This document shows, one piece after another, positions 28,785-38,183 of a DNA stretch of 53,281 nucleotides. Source of the DNA: an uncultured Bacillota bacterium (lineage in GTDB: Bacteria > Bacillota > DTU084); contig CALASN010000080.1 in assembly GCA_937888735.1 (NCBI GenBank), forward strand, positions 1 through 53,281, given 5' to 3'. Made by a program: the position numbers and the translations under genes. Each line of letters starts with the position of its first letter. The first letter of the stretch is position 1. The notes beneath the pieces were generated by a model. The model worked only from the letters and a program-made list of their open reading frames with translations, did no database searches and was not told the DNA's origin.

Positions 28785-29216
28785 CTAAATGCCCAAACCT
28801 TCTATTTGTTCCGCGATTTCGCTGTATGAAGTCTCGGCTTTGGCAATATATTCCTGCCAACGCGTCTGATCCCAAATTTCAACGCGGCTTGAAACGCCCA
28901 CGATGGTTACGTCCCGTTCCAAGGAAGCGTAAGCGCGCAAAGTCCCCGGGATCATGATCCTACCCTGTTTATCAAACTCACACTCCGCCGCCCCGGAAAA
29001 GAAGAACCTGGAAAAAGCCCTGGCGTCTCCGCTGGTCATGGGCAGCGCCCTGAGCTTTCCGGACATTTCCTCCCATTCGGAACCGGAGAAAAGAAAAAGG
29101 CAGTTCTCCAAACCGCGGGTGAGCACAGAGCGTTCGCCTAATTCTTCTCTGAGCCTGGCGGGAATGATGAGGCGCCCTTTTCCGTCTATATTGTGCTGAT
29201 ATTCTCCCATGAACAT
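28785..29216 (-). CDS. mraZ: transcriptional regulator MraZ
   Basis: MFMGEYQHNIDGKGRLIIPARLREEL and a second SpoVT/AbrB-like repeat FDKQGRIMIPGTLR. ATG at 29216. Confidence 0.95.
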   Translation of the reverse strand: MFMGEYQHNIDGKGRLIIPARLREELGERSVLTRGLENCLFLFSGSEWEEMSGKLRALPMTSGDARAFSRFFFSGAAECEFDKQGRIMIPGTLRAYASLERDVTIVGVSSRVEIWDQTRWQEYIAKAETSYSEIAEQIEGLGI

Positions 29217-29299
29217 TTCTTTGGCGCCCCCTTCCCCCACTTTTCACCACTTTGCTCCACTATATTGATGATGTTCGCCACTTCTCTCCTTTTTCCTGC

Positions 29300-30502
29300 T
29301 CACGAAAAGATTTTTTTCAAAAAGAGAAACCTTTTCGGCGCTACTTTCTCTTGCGCCAACAAATCGACCCGGCCAAGCTCCACTCCGTCCAGCTGCGCGC
29401 AGAGCGAGCCCACCTGTTGGTTTTCATTTACAGGCGCCGTCAAAGGCTTGATTTCCCTGGTTATTTTGAGAGCGGGAGCTTCGTCATGCCGCACCACGAC
29501 GTTCAGATCCGAGGCGGCAATCAGCTTGATTTTGCTTTTCTCTCCATCCTCAACCGCTGCGCTGCCGCAGCTGCCGCCCTTCTTTGCCACCTGCAGCAAC
29601 TGGAAATCCCTGAACCCGTATTCTAAAAGCGCGGTCGCGTCCCGCCAGCGATTACCGCTGTTGAGGACCACGCAGATGAGCTGCCTGCCGCGCCTGGTGG
29701 CGGAAGCCACCAGGCACTGACCCGCTCTGGCGGTTGTGCCTGTTTTTACACCGTCTGCGCCTGGGAATGCCCACAGCAGCCGGTTGGTGTTTCTCAGTTT
29801 GCGCACCCACTCTCCTCCCTCTCTGCCCATCTCAGCTTCCCGCTTGCCCACAAATTCCCGAAAGGTTGGGATGCCTAGGGCATAATTGGCGAAGAGCGCC
29901 AGATCAAAGGCGGTGGAATAATGATTCGGCGCAGTCAGACCATGGGAATTCGCAAAGGAGCTGTTCTCCGCGCCCAAGCTTTGGGCCCTGGTATTCATCA
30001 GCTCCGCGAATTTTGCCACTGATCCCGCCGCAGCTTCTGCCAAGGCCACCGTGGCGTCGTTGCCTGATTTCAAAAGCGCGCCTGCCAGGAGCTCTTCCAC
30101 TGTAAAAACCTCTCCGGCTCTCAGGTACACAGAAGAGCCGCCGACATGCGACGCGGTGGCGCTCACCTTCACTTTCTGCTCAAGGCTCAGCCGTTCCAAA
30201 GCCACAATGGCGGTGATGATTTTGGTGGTGCTGGCTGGAGCCCTTCTCTGGTGCTCGGCTTTGGCGTAAAGAATGGCGCCGGTGGTCCTGTCCACTAGGA
30301 TCGCGGAGCTGCAGCTCACCTCCGGGCCGGACGAATAATCGCTTATGTAACGAAAAAGCGCATAACCGCTCTTTTCATAGCTGGTACTGGCCGGCTGACT
30401 TGGCAGCTGCCGGCCGATCTGCGCCAACAGAATCGCGGTAACGCCGAAGACGGAGAATAATAATTTATACGAGAGCGTCATTTTTTTGCGACTGATATAC
30501 AC
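29300..30502 (-). CDS. D-alanyl-D-alanine carboxypeptidase (S11, PBP5/DacB/DacF-like)
   Basis: Signal anchor plus the SxxK (ASTTK), SxN (KSGND) and KTG (KTGTT) motifs. GTG start at 30502 lies 7 nt after AGGAGG. Confidence 0.9.
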   Translation of the reverse strand: MYISRKKMTLSYKLLFSVFGVTAILLAQIGRQLPSQPASTSYEKSGYALFRYISDYSSGPEVSCSSAILVDRTTGAILYAKAEHQRRAPASTTKIITAIVALERLSLEQKVKVSATASHVGGSSVYLRAGEVFTVEELLAGALLKSGNDATVALAEAAAGSVAKFAELMNTRAQSLGAENSSFANSHGLTAPNHYSTAFDLALFANYALGIPTFREFVGKREAEMGREGGEWVRKLRNTNRLLWAFPGADGVKTGTTARAGQCLVASATRRGRQLICVVLNSGNRWRDATALLEYGFRDFQLLQVAKKGGSCGSAAVEDGEKSKIKLIAASDLNVVVRHDEAPALKITREIKPLTAPVNENQQVGSLCAQLDGVELGRVDLLAQEKVAPKRFLFLKKIFS

Positions 30503-30588
30503 GCTGTCACCTCCTGCTCTTCATTTATATGAAGGAAAGGGCGTAATATAACCGCCGAGCGCAAAGAAGGGACCAGGCCAGATTGCCG

Positions 30589-30617
30589 TTGACAGGCGCC
30601 TGCCATTCCTTTACAAT
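30589..30617 (+). promoter_or_regulatory. sigma-A promoter for hpt-guaA (-35 TTGACA 30589-30594, 17 nt, -10 TACAAT 30612-30617)
   Basis: Hexamers and spacing read directly from the sequence. Confidence 0.6.
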
Positions 30618-30663
30618 TTAGCTAGATGCGCGAACTTTGATCTTTATACAGGGGGCTTTAGGC

Positions 30664-31203
30664 ATGCACAAAGACATCGAATCCATTCTTCTCACTTCCG
30701 AGCAAATTCAAGAGAGGGTCGGCCAGCTGGGAGCGCGGATCACAGCTGATTACAAAGGCAAGGATCTGCTGACCGTCTGCATTCTGAAGGGCTCGGTGAT
30801 CTTCTTTGCGGATCTCCTGCGGGCAATCCAGCTACCGCTCGAGACTGATTTCGTGGCCATCTCAAGTTACGGAAGCAGCACCTCCTCCAGCGGCGCGGTG
30901 AGAATCCTCAAGGATCTGGATCAGAGCATCCGGGGCAAAAACGTGCTGGTAATTGAGGATATCATCGATAGCGGCCTGACATTAAAGTATCTTTTAGAGA
31001 ATCTTACCTCGCGCAGACCGGAAAGTCTTAATGTCTGCACGCTGCTGGACAAGCCTGAGAGGCGTACTGTCCACATCGAACCGGCCTATAACGGCTTCCC
31101 CATTCCGAACAAATTTGTGGTCGGTTACGGTTTGGATTACGCGGAAAAATATCGTAATCTCCCCTACATTGGAATCTTGAAACCATCCGTTTATAGCGAT
31201 TAG
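30664..31203 (+). CDS. hpt: hypoxanthine phosphoribosyltransferase
   Basis: [14 protein letters not shown] and the PRPP-binding loop [17 protein letters not shown] at 30664 follows AGGGGG. Confidence 0.93.
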   Translation: MHKDIESILLTSEQIQERVGQLGARITADYKGKDLLTVCILKGSVIFFADLLRAIQLPLETDFVAISSYGSSTSSSGAVRILKDLDQSIRGKNVLVIEDIIDSGLTLKYLLENLTSRRPESLNVCTLLDKPERRTVHIEPAYNGFPIPNKFVVGYGLDYAEKYRNLPYIGILKPSVYSD

Positions 31204-31216
31204 GAGGAAAAGCTTC

Positions 31217-32737
31217 ATGCGGCAAACTGTAGTGATTCTGGACTTCGGCGCCCAGTATAGTCAGCTCATCGCCAGAAGGATTCGCGAACTTGGCGTGTAC
31301 TGCGAAATCCTGCCGGCAAATACCGCCCCCGCCGCCCTTGCGGAGGCGACAGCCATCATTCTCTCCGGCGGTCCGGCCAGCATCTACGATCCGGGAGCCC
31401 CCAGGTGCGATCCAGCTATCTTCGCCCAGGGAATACCAGTTTTGGGGATTTGCTACGGACTGCAGCTTTTGGCCTCTTTTCTAGGCGGAAAGGTGGAAGC
31501 GACGTCTGTGGCTGAATATGGCAAAACTCAGCTGCGCCTCAATCAGCGGGACGCATTATTCAAAGGCGTCAGCTCGCCGTTTATCGCCTGGATGAGTCAC
31601 AGGGATTTAGTAACGGAGTTGCCATCAGGCTGTAAAGTCTTGGCAAGTTCGGAAAACTGCCCGGTGGCGTCCTTTGCCTGCCCGGAAAGGAAGCTTTACG
31701 CAGTGCAGTTTCATCCGGAGGTGACACATACTCCCCAGGGCGGCAAGATCCTGGAGAACTTTCTCTTCGAAATCGCCGGCTGCCGGCCCACCTGGACGCC
31801 AAAGTCTTTCGTTGAGGAGTATACCGCGCGAATCCGGCGGCAGGTTGGGGACAGGCAAGTGATCTGCGCTCTCTCCGGCGGCGTTGATTCGGCGGTGGCG
31901 GCCACGCTGGTCCATAAGGCGATCGGCCAACAGCTAACCTGTATCTTTGTCGATCACGGGCTGTTGCGGAAACACGAAGCTGAGGAAGTGAGCGAGACTT
32001 TCCGGAAGCGAGGCATCAAGCTGCTGACCATCGACGCCTCCGAACGTTTCCTGGCCAAATTAGCGGACGTTTCGGATCCGGAACAAAAACGAAAGATCAT
32101 CGGCGGAGAGTTCATCCGCATCTTTGAGGAAGAAGCTCGAAAAATAGGTGACATTCAGTTTTTAGTTCAGGGAACGTTATATCCCGATGTGATCGAGAGC
32201 GGCAACGGCAATGCGGCCACCATCAAATCTCATCATAACGTGGGCGGACTGCCGCCGGATATGAAATTAAAACTCTTAGAGCCGCTGCGGGAGCTATTTA
32301 AAGATGAGGTGCGCAAGGTGGGCCTGGAGCTTGGTCTGCCGCCGCAGCTTGTTTACAGGCAGCCTTTCCCCGGTCCTGGACTGGCGGTGAGGATTGTTGG
32401 CTCCATTACCAGAGAAAAGCTCGCCATCGTGCGGGAAGCCGACGCTATCGTCCGGGAAGAGCTTGCCAAAAGCGACCCTGAGGGACAGATCTGGCAGTGT
32501 TTCGCGGTGCTCACAAATACCAGGGCGGTAGGAGTGCGCGGCGATGCCAGGACTTATGATTACGTGGTTGCCGTGCGGGCCGTGAGCAGCAGCGACGGCA
32601 TGACTGCAGATTGGGTGCAGGTTCCATATGAAACCTTGGCCACCATCTCCAATCGGCTGATGAACGAGGTTGAGCATGTGGGCAGAGTGGTCTACGACAT
32701 CAGCTCTAAACCTCCAGGTACAATTGAGTGGGAGTAA
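31217..32737 (+). CDS. guaA: GMP synthase (glutamine-hydrolysing)
   Basis: GATase domain ([32 protein letters not shown]), the ATP-PPase P-loop [11 protein letters not shown] and the C-terminal PPGTIEWE. Confidence 0.98.
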   Translation: MRQTVVILDFGAQYSQLIARRIRELGVYCEILPANTAPAALAEATAIILSGGPASIYDPGAPRCDPAIFAQGIPVLGICYGLQLLASFLGGKVEATSVAEYGKTQLRLNQRDALFKGVSSPFIAWMSHRDLVTELPSGCKVLASSENCPVASFACPERKLYAVQFHPEVTHTPQGGKILENFLFEIAGCRPTWTPKSFVEEYTARIRRQVGDRQVICALSGGVDSAVAATLVHKAIGQQLTCIFVDHGLLRKHEAEEVSETFRKRGIKLLTIDASERFLAKLADVSDPEQKRKIIGGEFIRIFEEEARKIGDIQFLVQGTLYPDVIESGNGNAATIKSHHNVGGLPPDMKLKLLEPLRELFKDEVRKVGLELGLPPQLVYRQPFPGPGLAVRIVGSITREKLAIVREADAIVREELAKSDPEGQIWQCFAVLTNTRAVGVRGDARTYDYVVAVRAVSSSDGMTADWVQVPYETLATISNRLMNEVEHVGRVVYDISSKPPGTIEWE

Positions 32738-32745
32738 GTAACGAA

Positions 32746-32788
32746 GCCCCAAAAGCCTTGAAATCTCAGGACTTTTGGGGCATTTTTT
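32746..32788 (+). terminator. rho-independent terminator of guaA
   Basis: GCCCCAAAAG ... CTTTTGGGGC followed by ATTTTTT. Confidence 0.8.
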
Positions 32789-32794
32789 CGCCAT

Positions 32795-32816
32795 TTGATA
32801 GCAGATTGATAGCAGA
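32795..32816 (+). repeat. perfect tandem duplication of the 11-mer TTGATAGCAGA
   Basis: 32795-32805 and 32806-32816 are identical. The repeat lies directly after the guaA terminator at the left island edge. Confidence 0.6.
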
Positions 32817-32886
32817 AGCCATTTTCCGATTTACTCTATTTACTGCCGCATAGCAGGTGGTTTGCAGGTAATCGGCCTTATCCCAT

Positions 32887-32929
32887 AAAACGGCCTTGCT
32901 GACTTTTGAAAGTCGGCAAGGCCGTTTTT
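32887..32929. terminator. bidirectional hairpin terminator
   Basis: AAAACGGCCTTGCTGACTTT-TGAA-AGTCGGCAAGGCCGTTTTT, flanked by A-runs and T-runs. Confidence 0.55.
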
Positions 32930-32971
32930 GCTGTATGGAAAAAGGTGCTTATTTCTTATCTTTTAGGGCTT

Positions 32972-33379
32972 CTACGAGGGAATCGCTAAGCTTTTGGGAC
33001 GGAACCTTAGCCCATGTCTGCGAGGTGTCAAATTTGGGGCGTTCCCCGTTAGCAGCAGGTGATTCATCGTGGCTTCCCGGAACACAAAGCTCGTCATTTC
33101 GGAATTCGGCTCGTAGTGCAGGACCCGCCACAACGGGTGGTCGAGATATTTCTCCTTGCTGCCGTCGCCGCCATAAACGAACAGCGGAAGCCCCGCGATT
33201 GCTTCCGAGAGGATACGGACGCAGGAGTAAACCCCTGTCATCTGCATGGCGGTTCTTTCATTGACAACCTTTCCCGACGTAGTGCTGTCCCACAAGAAGC
33301 TGCTGCCGCCAAGATTTTTTGCAGAAGGTCTCTGCGTTGGCTTATCACGGGGCTTGAAAATGCTTTGTAGTATGCCCAT
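32972..33379 (-). pseudogene. phage portal protein (HK97-family), N-terminal about 135 aa fragment
   Basis: VNERTAMQMTGVYSCVRILSEAIAGLPLFVY...HPLWRVLHYEPNSEMTSFVFREATMNHLLLTGNA matches portal N-termini. The reading frame ends at about one third of normal length. Confidence 0.7.
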
Positions 33380-33410
33380 AGGCTGTTTGCCTCCTCAAAA
33401 ATTGGTATCA

Positions 33411-33438
33411 GAAAAGCGTCTGCCCTTCGACAGACGCT
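33411..33438 (-). terminator. hairpin terminator after fic
   Basis: On the minus strand, AGCGTCTG-loop-CAGACGCT followed by TTTTC. Confidence 0.5.
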
Positions 33439-33458
33439 CTCGCGTGTGAATGCCTATG

Positions 33459-34505
33459 CTATTTTCGGATATACCGCGAAGCTCTCGCTTCACCGATACG
33501 CTCAATACGACCGTCTTTTACCATGACGCCAAGGACAGCCTCGACAGTCGAGGGACTGACATCAGGCAAGATGTGGCATATTTCCGCCTTTGAAATCGGG
33601 GTTAGACTGTTCAGTACAGTTGCTTCAATGCGAGCTTTTTTGGTGATTTTCCTGCCGTTCAATACCACAAAGCGTTTGTCCAATTCCTTGTAGCACATAT
33701 AAAGCGTTGACAGAAAATTTTCGATGAAGGGGAAATACTCGTTTTCGTTTGTATCCCATCCGGCCGAGGACTGACGCAGTGCCTCATAATAATATGCCTT
33801 ATAGTTATTAATCTGCTCCTCAAAGGAGATATACTTTCCGGCGTCAAAGCCGTTTTTGTACAAAAGGAGCAGCGATAAAAGCCTTGACATTCTGCCGTTG
33901 CCATCGCGGAACGGATGGATACACAGAAAGTCGAGTATCACGCAGGGTATCAGTAAAAGCTGATTGATGTTGGAGTCGCTCCGCGCATCCATATAGGCAA
34001 GCTCCAGCTGTTCCATTGCCTGCGGCGTTTCCTCTGCCGGTGTCGGGCGAAAGCGCACCTTGCGGTTTCCGTCCGCATCAATTTCCATAATGACGTTGTC
34101 GTCGGTCTTATAGCTACCGCCGAACTCATAGCCTGTTAAGGACATCATGGTTTCGTGTAAGCGAAGGATGTCGGCATTACGAAAATCGATGTATTCATAA
34201 CCGGTATGAACCGCGTTAAGCGCGTCTCTATAACCGGCAATTTCCGCTTCATTGTGGTTAAGCGGCGCGCTGCTCTGATTGACGATAGCAGCTATACGGT
34301 CGTCGCTTGTTACGATGCCTTCGATGGCGTTGGAGCTCTTGACAGACTGTACCTTAGCGACAGCTTCCAGCTCGGTAAACACTTTCGCGTATTCCGCTTT
34401 TCGCATACCAGCCATTGTCCGCAACGAATAAATGTTAGAGGTCAGGTTCAGAAGCTTTGCCGGAAGTAAACCGTTATTCAAAAATGAGTAATCAAATTTT
34501 CTCAT
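33459..34505 (-). CDS. Fic-family protein (AMPylase-type Fic domain with N-terminal inhibitory helix and C-terminal winged-helix)
   Basis: Active-site HPFRDGNGRMSRLL (HxFx[D/E]GNGRxxR) and inhibitory motif SSNAIEG ([S/T]xxxE[G/N]) upstream. The C-terminal about 70 aa looks wHTH-like. ATG at 34505 follows GGAGGG. Confidence 0.9.
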   Translation of the reverse strand: MRKFDYSFLNNGLLPAKLLNLTSNIYSLRTMAGMRKAEYAKVFTELEAVAKVQSVKSSNAIEGIVTSDDRIAAIVNQSSAPLNHNEAEIAGYRDALNAVHTGYEYIDFRNADILRLHETMMSLTGYEFGGSYKTDDNVIMEIDADGNRKVRFRPTPAEETPQAMEQLELAYMDARSDSNINQLLLIPCVILDFLCIHPFRDGNGRMSRLLSLLLLYKNGFDAGKYISFEEQINNYKAYYYEALRQSSAGWDTNENEYFPFIENFLSTLYMCYKELDKRFVVLNGRKITKKARIEATVLNSLTPISKAEICHILPDVSPSTVEAVLGVMVKDGRIERIGEARASRYIRK

Positions 34506-34528
34506 TATATCCCTCCATATCTGCATAT

Positions 34529-34557
34529 ATTATAGCATTTTATATGCAGATAGCCAA
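34529..34557 (-). promoter_or_regulatory. sigma-A promoter of fic (-35 TTGGCT, 17 nt, -10 TATAAT) interleaved with TATCTGCATATA boxes
   Basis: On the minus strand, TTGGCT is at 34557-34552 and TATAAT at 34534-29. One box sits in the spacer and one sits just downstream of the -10. Confidence 0.5.
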
Positions 34558-34615
34558 GGGCGTTAGGCAAATTATCTGCATATATTTTTGAGTATTATGT
34601 GCATATACTTTTGAA

Positions 34616-34980
34616 TTATGCGGAATAGACATCAAAGAATGAGCAAACCGCGCTTGTCATAAACGCTCTCGCCTGTATCGTTGCCGCAGCGGATAGCCCG
34701 GTCCAGCGCCATAATCGTAGCGACCGCGCCGTCGATTTTCTTGGTGGATTTTCCTTCTCCCAGCAGATGCTGTTCTGATTATCTCCGGCGGTAGTGATTA
34801 AAAAATACAGCGGCTGCATTCTGGCGTCGCCGCTGCCCTTGGTCATGACATCGTAGAGCTTTCTGTTCGGCTGGGTGTGCAGCTCGTCGAACACCACGCC
34901 GTGGGTGTTAAACCCGTGTTTGTTGCCGACGTCGGCGGACAGCACCTGATAGATGCTGCCGGTCGCAGGCGGCTCTGTTC
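34616..34980 (-). pseudogene. phage terminase large subunit, internally deleted and frameshifted remnant
   Basis: YQVLSADVGNKHGFNTHGVVFDELHTQPNRKLYDVMTKGSGDARMQPLYFLITTAG (ATPase domain) is joined out of frame to KKIDGAVATIMALDRAI...ESVYDKRGL (extreme C-terminus). The nuclease domain is missing. Confidence 0.65.
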
Positions 34981-35349
34981 ATCGCATTCGACAGCCTTCG
35001 CTTTTCTTGCCATACAATCACCCTCATCTCTCCTGTTTGAGAGCATTGTATCATTTTCCCTCAAAGCCTTCGATAATTATTTACATTTATGCGGTTAAGC
35101 ACTAGCGTATGTGCCTCGGATCTGTCGCCCGCCAAGGCCGAGCTCTCGTCGACGGCCGCCTTCTAAAGATCGAGATTGTCATCACGGCACCTTCAGGTAT
35201 AGGAATCTCCCTTAAGACGCTGTCAAGTCATATTCCCTTATTTTTATTTAAATCAGACGAGTTCAGCCTAACTATCGCCAAGGCTAACCCCAATCGGCTA
35301 AATCAAAGATAGAATTCAGCCAAACCAACTCTACCTCCAATGGGCCATA

Positions 35350-36790
35350 TTACGCGTCCAATAAAAAGTCCATAAGCTTTACGATTTTTATGCCTTCCTG
35401 CATCTGCACAAAATCACAATTCAAAGCGATAACGGCTTTCTCGTAATTGTCCCGGATTTTCCTCAAGGGAGTCAATTCGCGCTCCCTGACTTCCGGCGCC
35501 AGCATGGATTCCGTCACCTGGAGATATTTCTTTTCGTCCGGCTTTGTGGCGATAAAGTCCACCTCTTTTTGATCCACCTTGCCGACGGCTACGTCATAGC
35601 CGCGCCGCAGCAGTTCAAAGTAGACGATATTCTCTATAATATGGCTGGTGTCGCCCTCACGGAAGCCCAGCAGATAATTCCGCAGACCGATATCCACGAT
35701 ATAGTACTTTCCCAGGGTGCGCAGATAGCCCTTTTCTTTAATGTCGAAACGCTTGATTTCATAGAAAATATACGCTTCGACCAAAGCCGCAATATAGGCT
35801 TGCAAGGTATGGGTGGCAGGTTTTGTCTTCCGGGGACCTTCGTCCAAAAGCCCCTCGCCGATCAGAATATTTCCGATGGACGAAACAGAAGTGTTATTGC
35901 CGATGTTGTCCGCCAGAAACATGACGATCTTTCGCAGCAAAAACGGGTCGGTGATAGCCCGTTGCCCTTTTCTGCGCGCACGCTCCAAAATATCGCGCAC
36001 AACAACAGCGGAATATACGCCATCCAGTCGCGCTTCTTTAGTTTTGACTGCTGAAAAACCATATGATTCACCTCTTGACTCCAGGACAACACAATCCAAT
36101 AAACAAAGCAAAGTTTATTACATTGATGGAACAAAAAAATAAAAAAATAGAAGTTTATAACATCATTCATGACGATCACTTTATCCTGTTCCAGCCCTAT
36201 ATCAGCAAGCGCCGGCATCCCTCCATATTTCAGATAGGCGCCGAAAAGGTCTCTCGGTTCATAGCTATCGCCCTCCTCATTAAAGACACGCTTACGCATA
36301 CTGCCGTCAGGAGCTTTCATCGTGCCCAGAGTATAGCCATGAAAATCAATAAACTCTCTGAAAGAAAGCGGATACATCTTGATTTCCACATACCGCCCCG
36401 AAAGATAAGTGGACAGCTCGGATGAAAGCAGAAAGGCATTGGAGCCGGTGATATAAATATCACAAGGAAAGTCTACCATGAAGGAATTTACCGCCGCCTG
36501 CCAATCATCGATGCGCTGAACCTCGTCCAAGAACAGGTACATCGTCTTATCTGCTATAACCCTATCTTTCACATACTGGTAGAACTGCCTATTGCTCATG
36601 ACGGAAAGCGCCATGGATTCAAAGTTCAGTTCTATGACCTGTTCGGGAGCTACGCCTGATTCCCGTAGGTGCTGCGCCATGAGCCGCAACAGACTTGACT
36701 TGCCGCAGCGCCGGATTCCTGTAATTACCTTCACAACATCAGTATCCTGAAAAGCGATTAAACGGTTCAGATACAGAGTCTTATATTGAA
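35350..36790 (-). pseudogene. AAA_14 / DUF4143 ATPase, disrupted
   Basis: The N-part has VITGIRRCGKSSLL (Walker A) and YLFLDEVQ (Walker B). The C-part (second ORF, other frame) has VVVRDILER...FLADNIGNNTSVSSI...KYYIVDIGLRN...VDFIAT. The frame is lost in an AT-rich segment near 36070-36180. No start codon precedes the conserved N-terminus. Confidence 0.75.
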
Positions 36791-37232
36791 ACGCAAGAGC
36801 ACTGCAGCTATCGCACTATCGCTTCTTCAATAAACGGAATATCCGGCAAAAGACGATTAAGAGCTGACATTTTTCAGCCCAACTCCCAAAGCCGACGCCC
36901 ACGCCGCCGCGTATGCGTTTCAATGGTTTTTAGGCGTTGCTTTCTGAACAATCAGCCTGCCATGTCTGTGTGTTTCCCATAAAAAAATATCTCCGATCGT
37001 ATTTTACCGTGTTTCGCTAACAGCTAAAATATGGCGATTAACTTTTTCCCATAAGATCACAAAGGGAAAAAAGCAGAGGGATTATTACAATCGGTCCCGC
37101 CAATATTCCAAGGCGATATTTCATTAATCATTTTAAAAAATCTCCCCTGTCGCCTAAACACCGGACAAAATTATCCCCGTATTTCCAAGCTTAGGCGGGA
37201 TTTGGCGCCGCCTCTGGAACCTTAGCCGGGTA

Positions 37233-38000
37233 TCAATTCAAATCCCCTGCCTGGTAGAGGACCAGCGCGGGCGCCACAATTGCAGCCGTCTCAGTGCGCA
37301 GGATCCTGGGGCCAAGGGTCACGGGAAGCCCGCCGAATTTTTTCGCCGTCTCCACCTCCGAGCTTGTTAAGCCTCCTTCGGGGCCGATGAGAATGCAGAC
37401 CTGTCTTGCCTGATGGTGTTCCCTGAGGGCCTCTCTGATCCCGGGTTGCTGCGCGTTTTCCCAAGGCACAAGAAAAAGAGCGTCGGCGGCCATTTCCCCC
37501 TTTTCCAGCCACAGGGGGAGCTTATAGATTCCCTCCACCGGCGGCACGACGCTGCGTCCGCACTGCTTAGCCGCTTCAGTGGCGATTCGTCTCCAGCGCT
37601 TTAATCTTTGCTCAGCCTTGACGGGATCTAATTTCACAACCGAACGTTCAGTCTCCAGCAGTACGATCCTGGAAACTCCCACCTCCACTGCCTTTTGAAT
37701 CACCAGCTCCAGCTTTTCTCCTTTGGGCATTCCCTGCAGTAAAGTAACCTCCACCGGCGGTTCTCCCCGGCCAGGGTAGGTCTCGTGCAGATGGCAGAAG
37801 ACGTGGTCCTCCGCGAAATCCTTGATTTCAGCCAGGTACTCTCGTCCTTCCGCAACTAGGATGATTTTCTCTCCGCGCTCCAGCCGCAGCACGTGCCGCA
37901 GGTGATGAGCGTCCGTGCCGCTGATGCGAGCTCCCTCTTGCGTAATTGCATCCTTGGCAATGAAGAATCGTCTCACTTTCCCAATCTCTCGCTTTCTCAT
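37233..38000 (-). CDS. rsmE: 16S rRNA (uracil1498-N3)-methyltransferase
   Basis: RRFFIAKDAI... PUA-like N-domain and C-terminal ILIGPEGGLTSSEV...LGPRILRTETAA SPOUT knot. GTG at 37976 (giving MRRFF) is an alternative start. Confidence 0.9.
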   Translation of the reverse strand: MRKREIGKVRRFFIAKDAITQEGARISGTDAHHLRHVLRLERGEKIILVAEGREYLAEIKDFAEDHVFCHLHETYPGRGEPPVEVTLLQGMPKGEKLELVIQKAVEVGVSRIVLLETERSVVKLDPVKAEQRLKRWRRIATEAAKQCGRSVVPPVEGIYKLPLWLEKGEMAADALFLVPWENAQQPGIREALREHHQARQVCILIGPEGGLTSSEVETAKKFGGLPVTLGPRILRTETAAIVAPALVLYQAGDLN

Positions 38001-38118
38001 AGGATAGCCGGGCGCATTATTCTTGCCTCAAACCAAAATTGGCTAAGCAATTCTCACAGTTTATATTCTGCCAAGTCCCGCTCGTTTCCTTCATTTAAGG
38101 CTCCTCAATCCTTTTCAG

Positions 38119-38165
38119 AAAAAAAAAGACGCCTCCGCGTGCCTTGGCAGCACGGAAGGCGTCTT
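38119..38165 (-). terminator. rho-independent terminator after the oxidoreductase gene
   Basis: On the minus strand, AAGACGCCTTCCGTGCTGCCAAGGCACGCGGAGGCGTCTT followed by TTTTTTTT. Confidence 0.7.
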
Positions 38166-38183
38166 GCCTGATTGAATGCTGGT

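Larger units (their letters stand above)
32790..37232. mobile_element. decayed prophage/genomic-island remnant inserted between guaA and rsmE
   Basis: The patch looks visibly more AT-rich than its flanks. It contains truncated phage portal and terminase genes, Fic and a disrupted ATPase. No integrase is retained. Confidence 0.55.
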
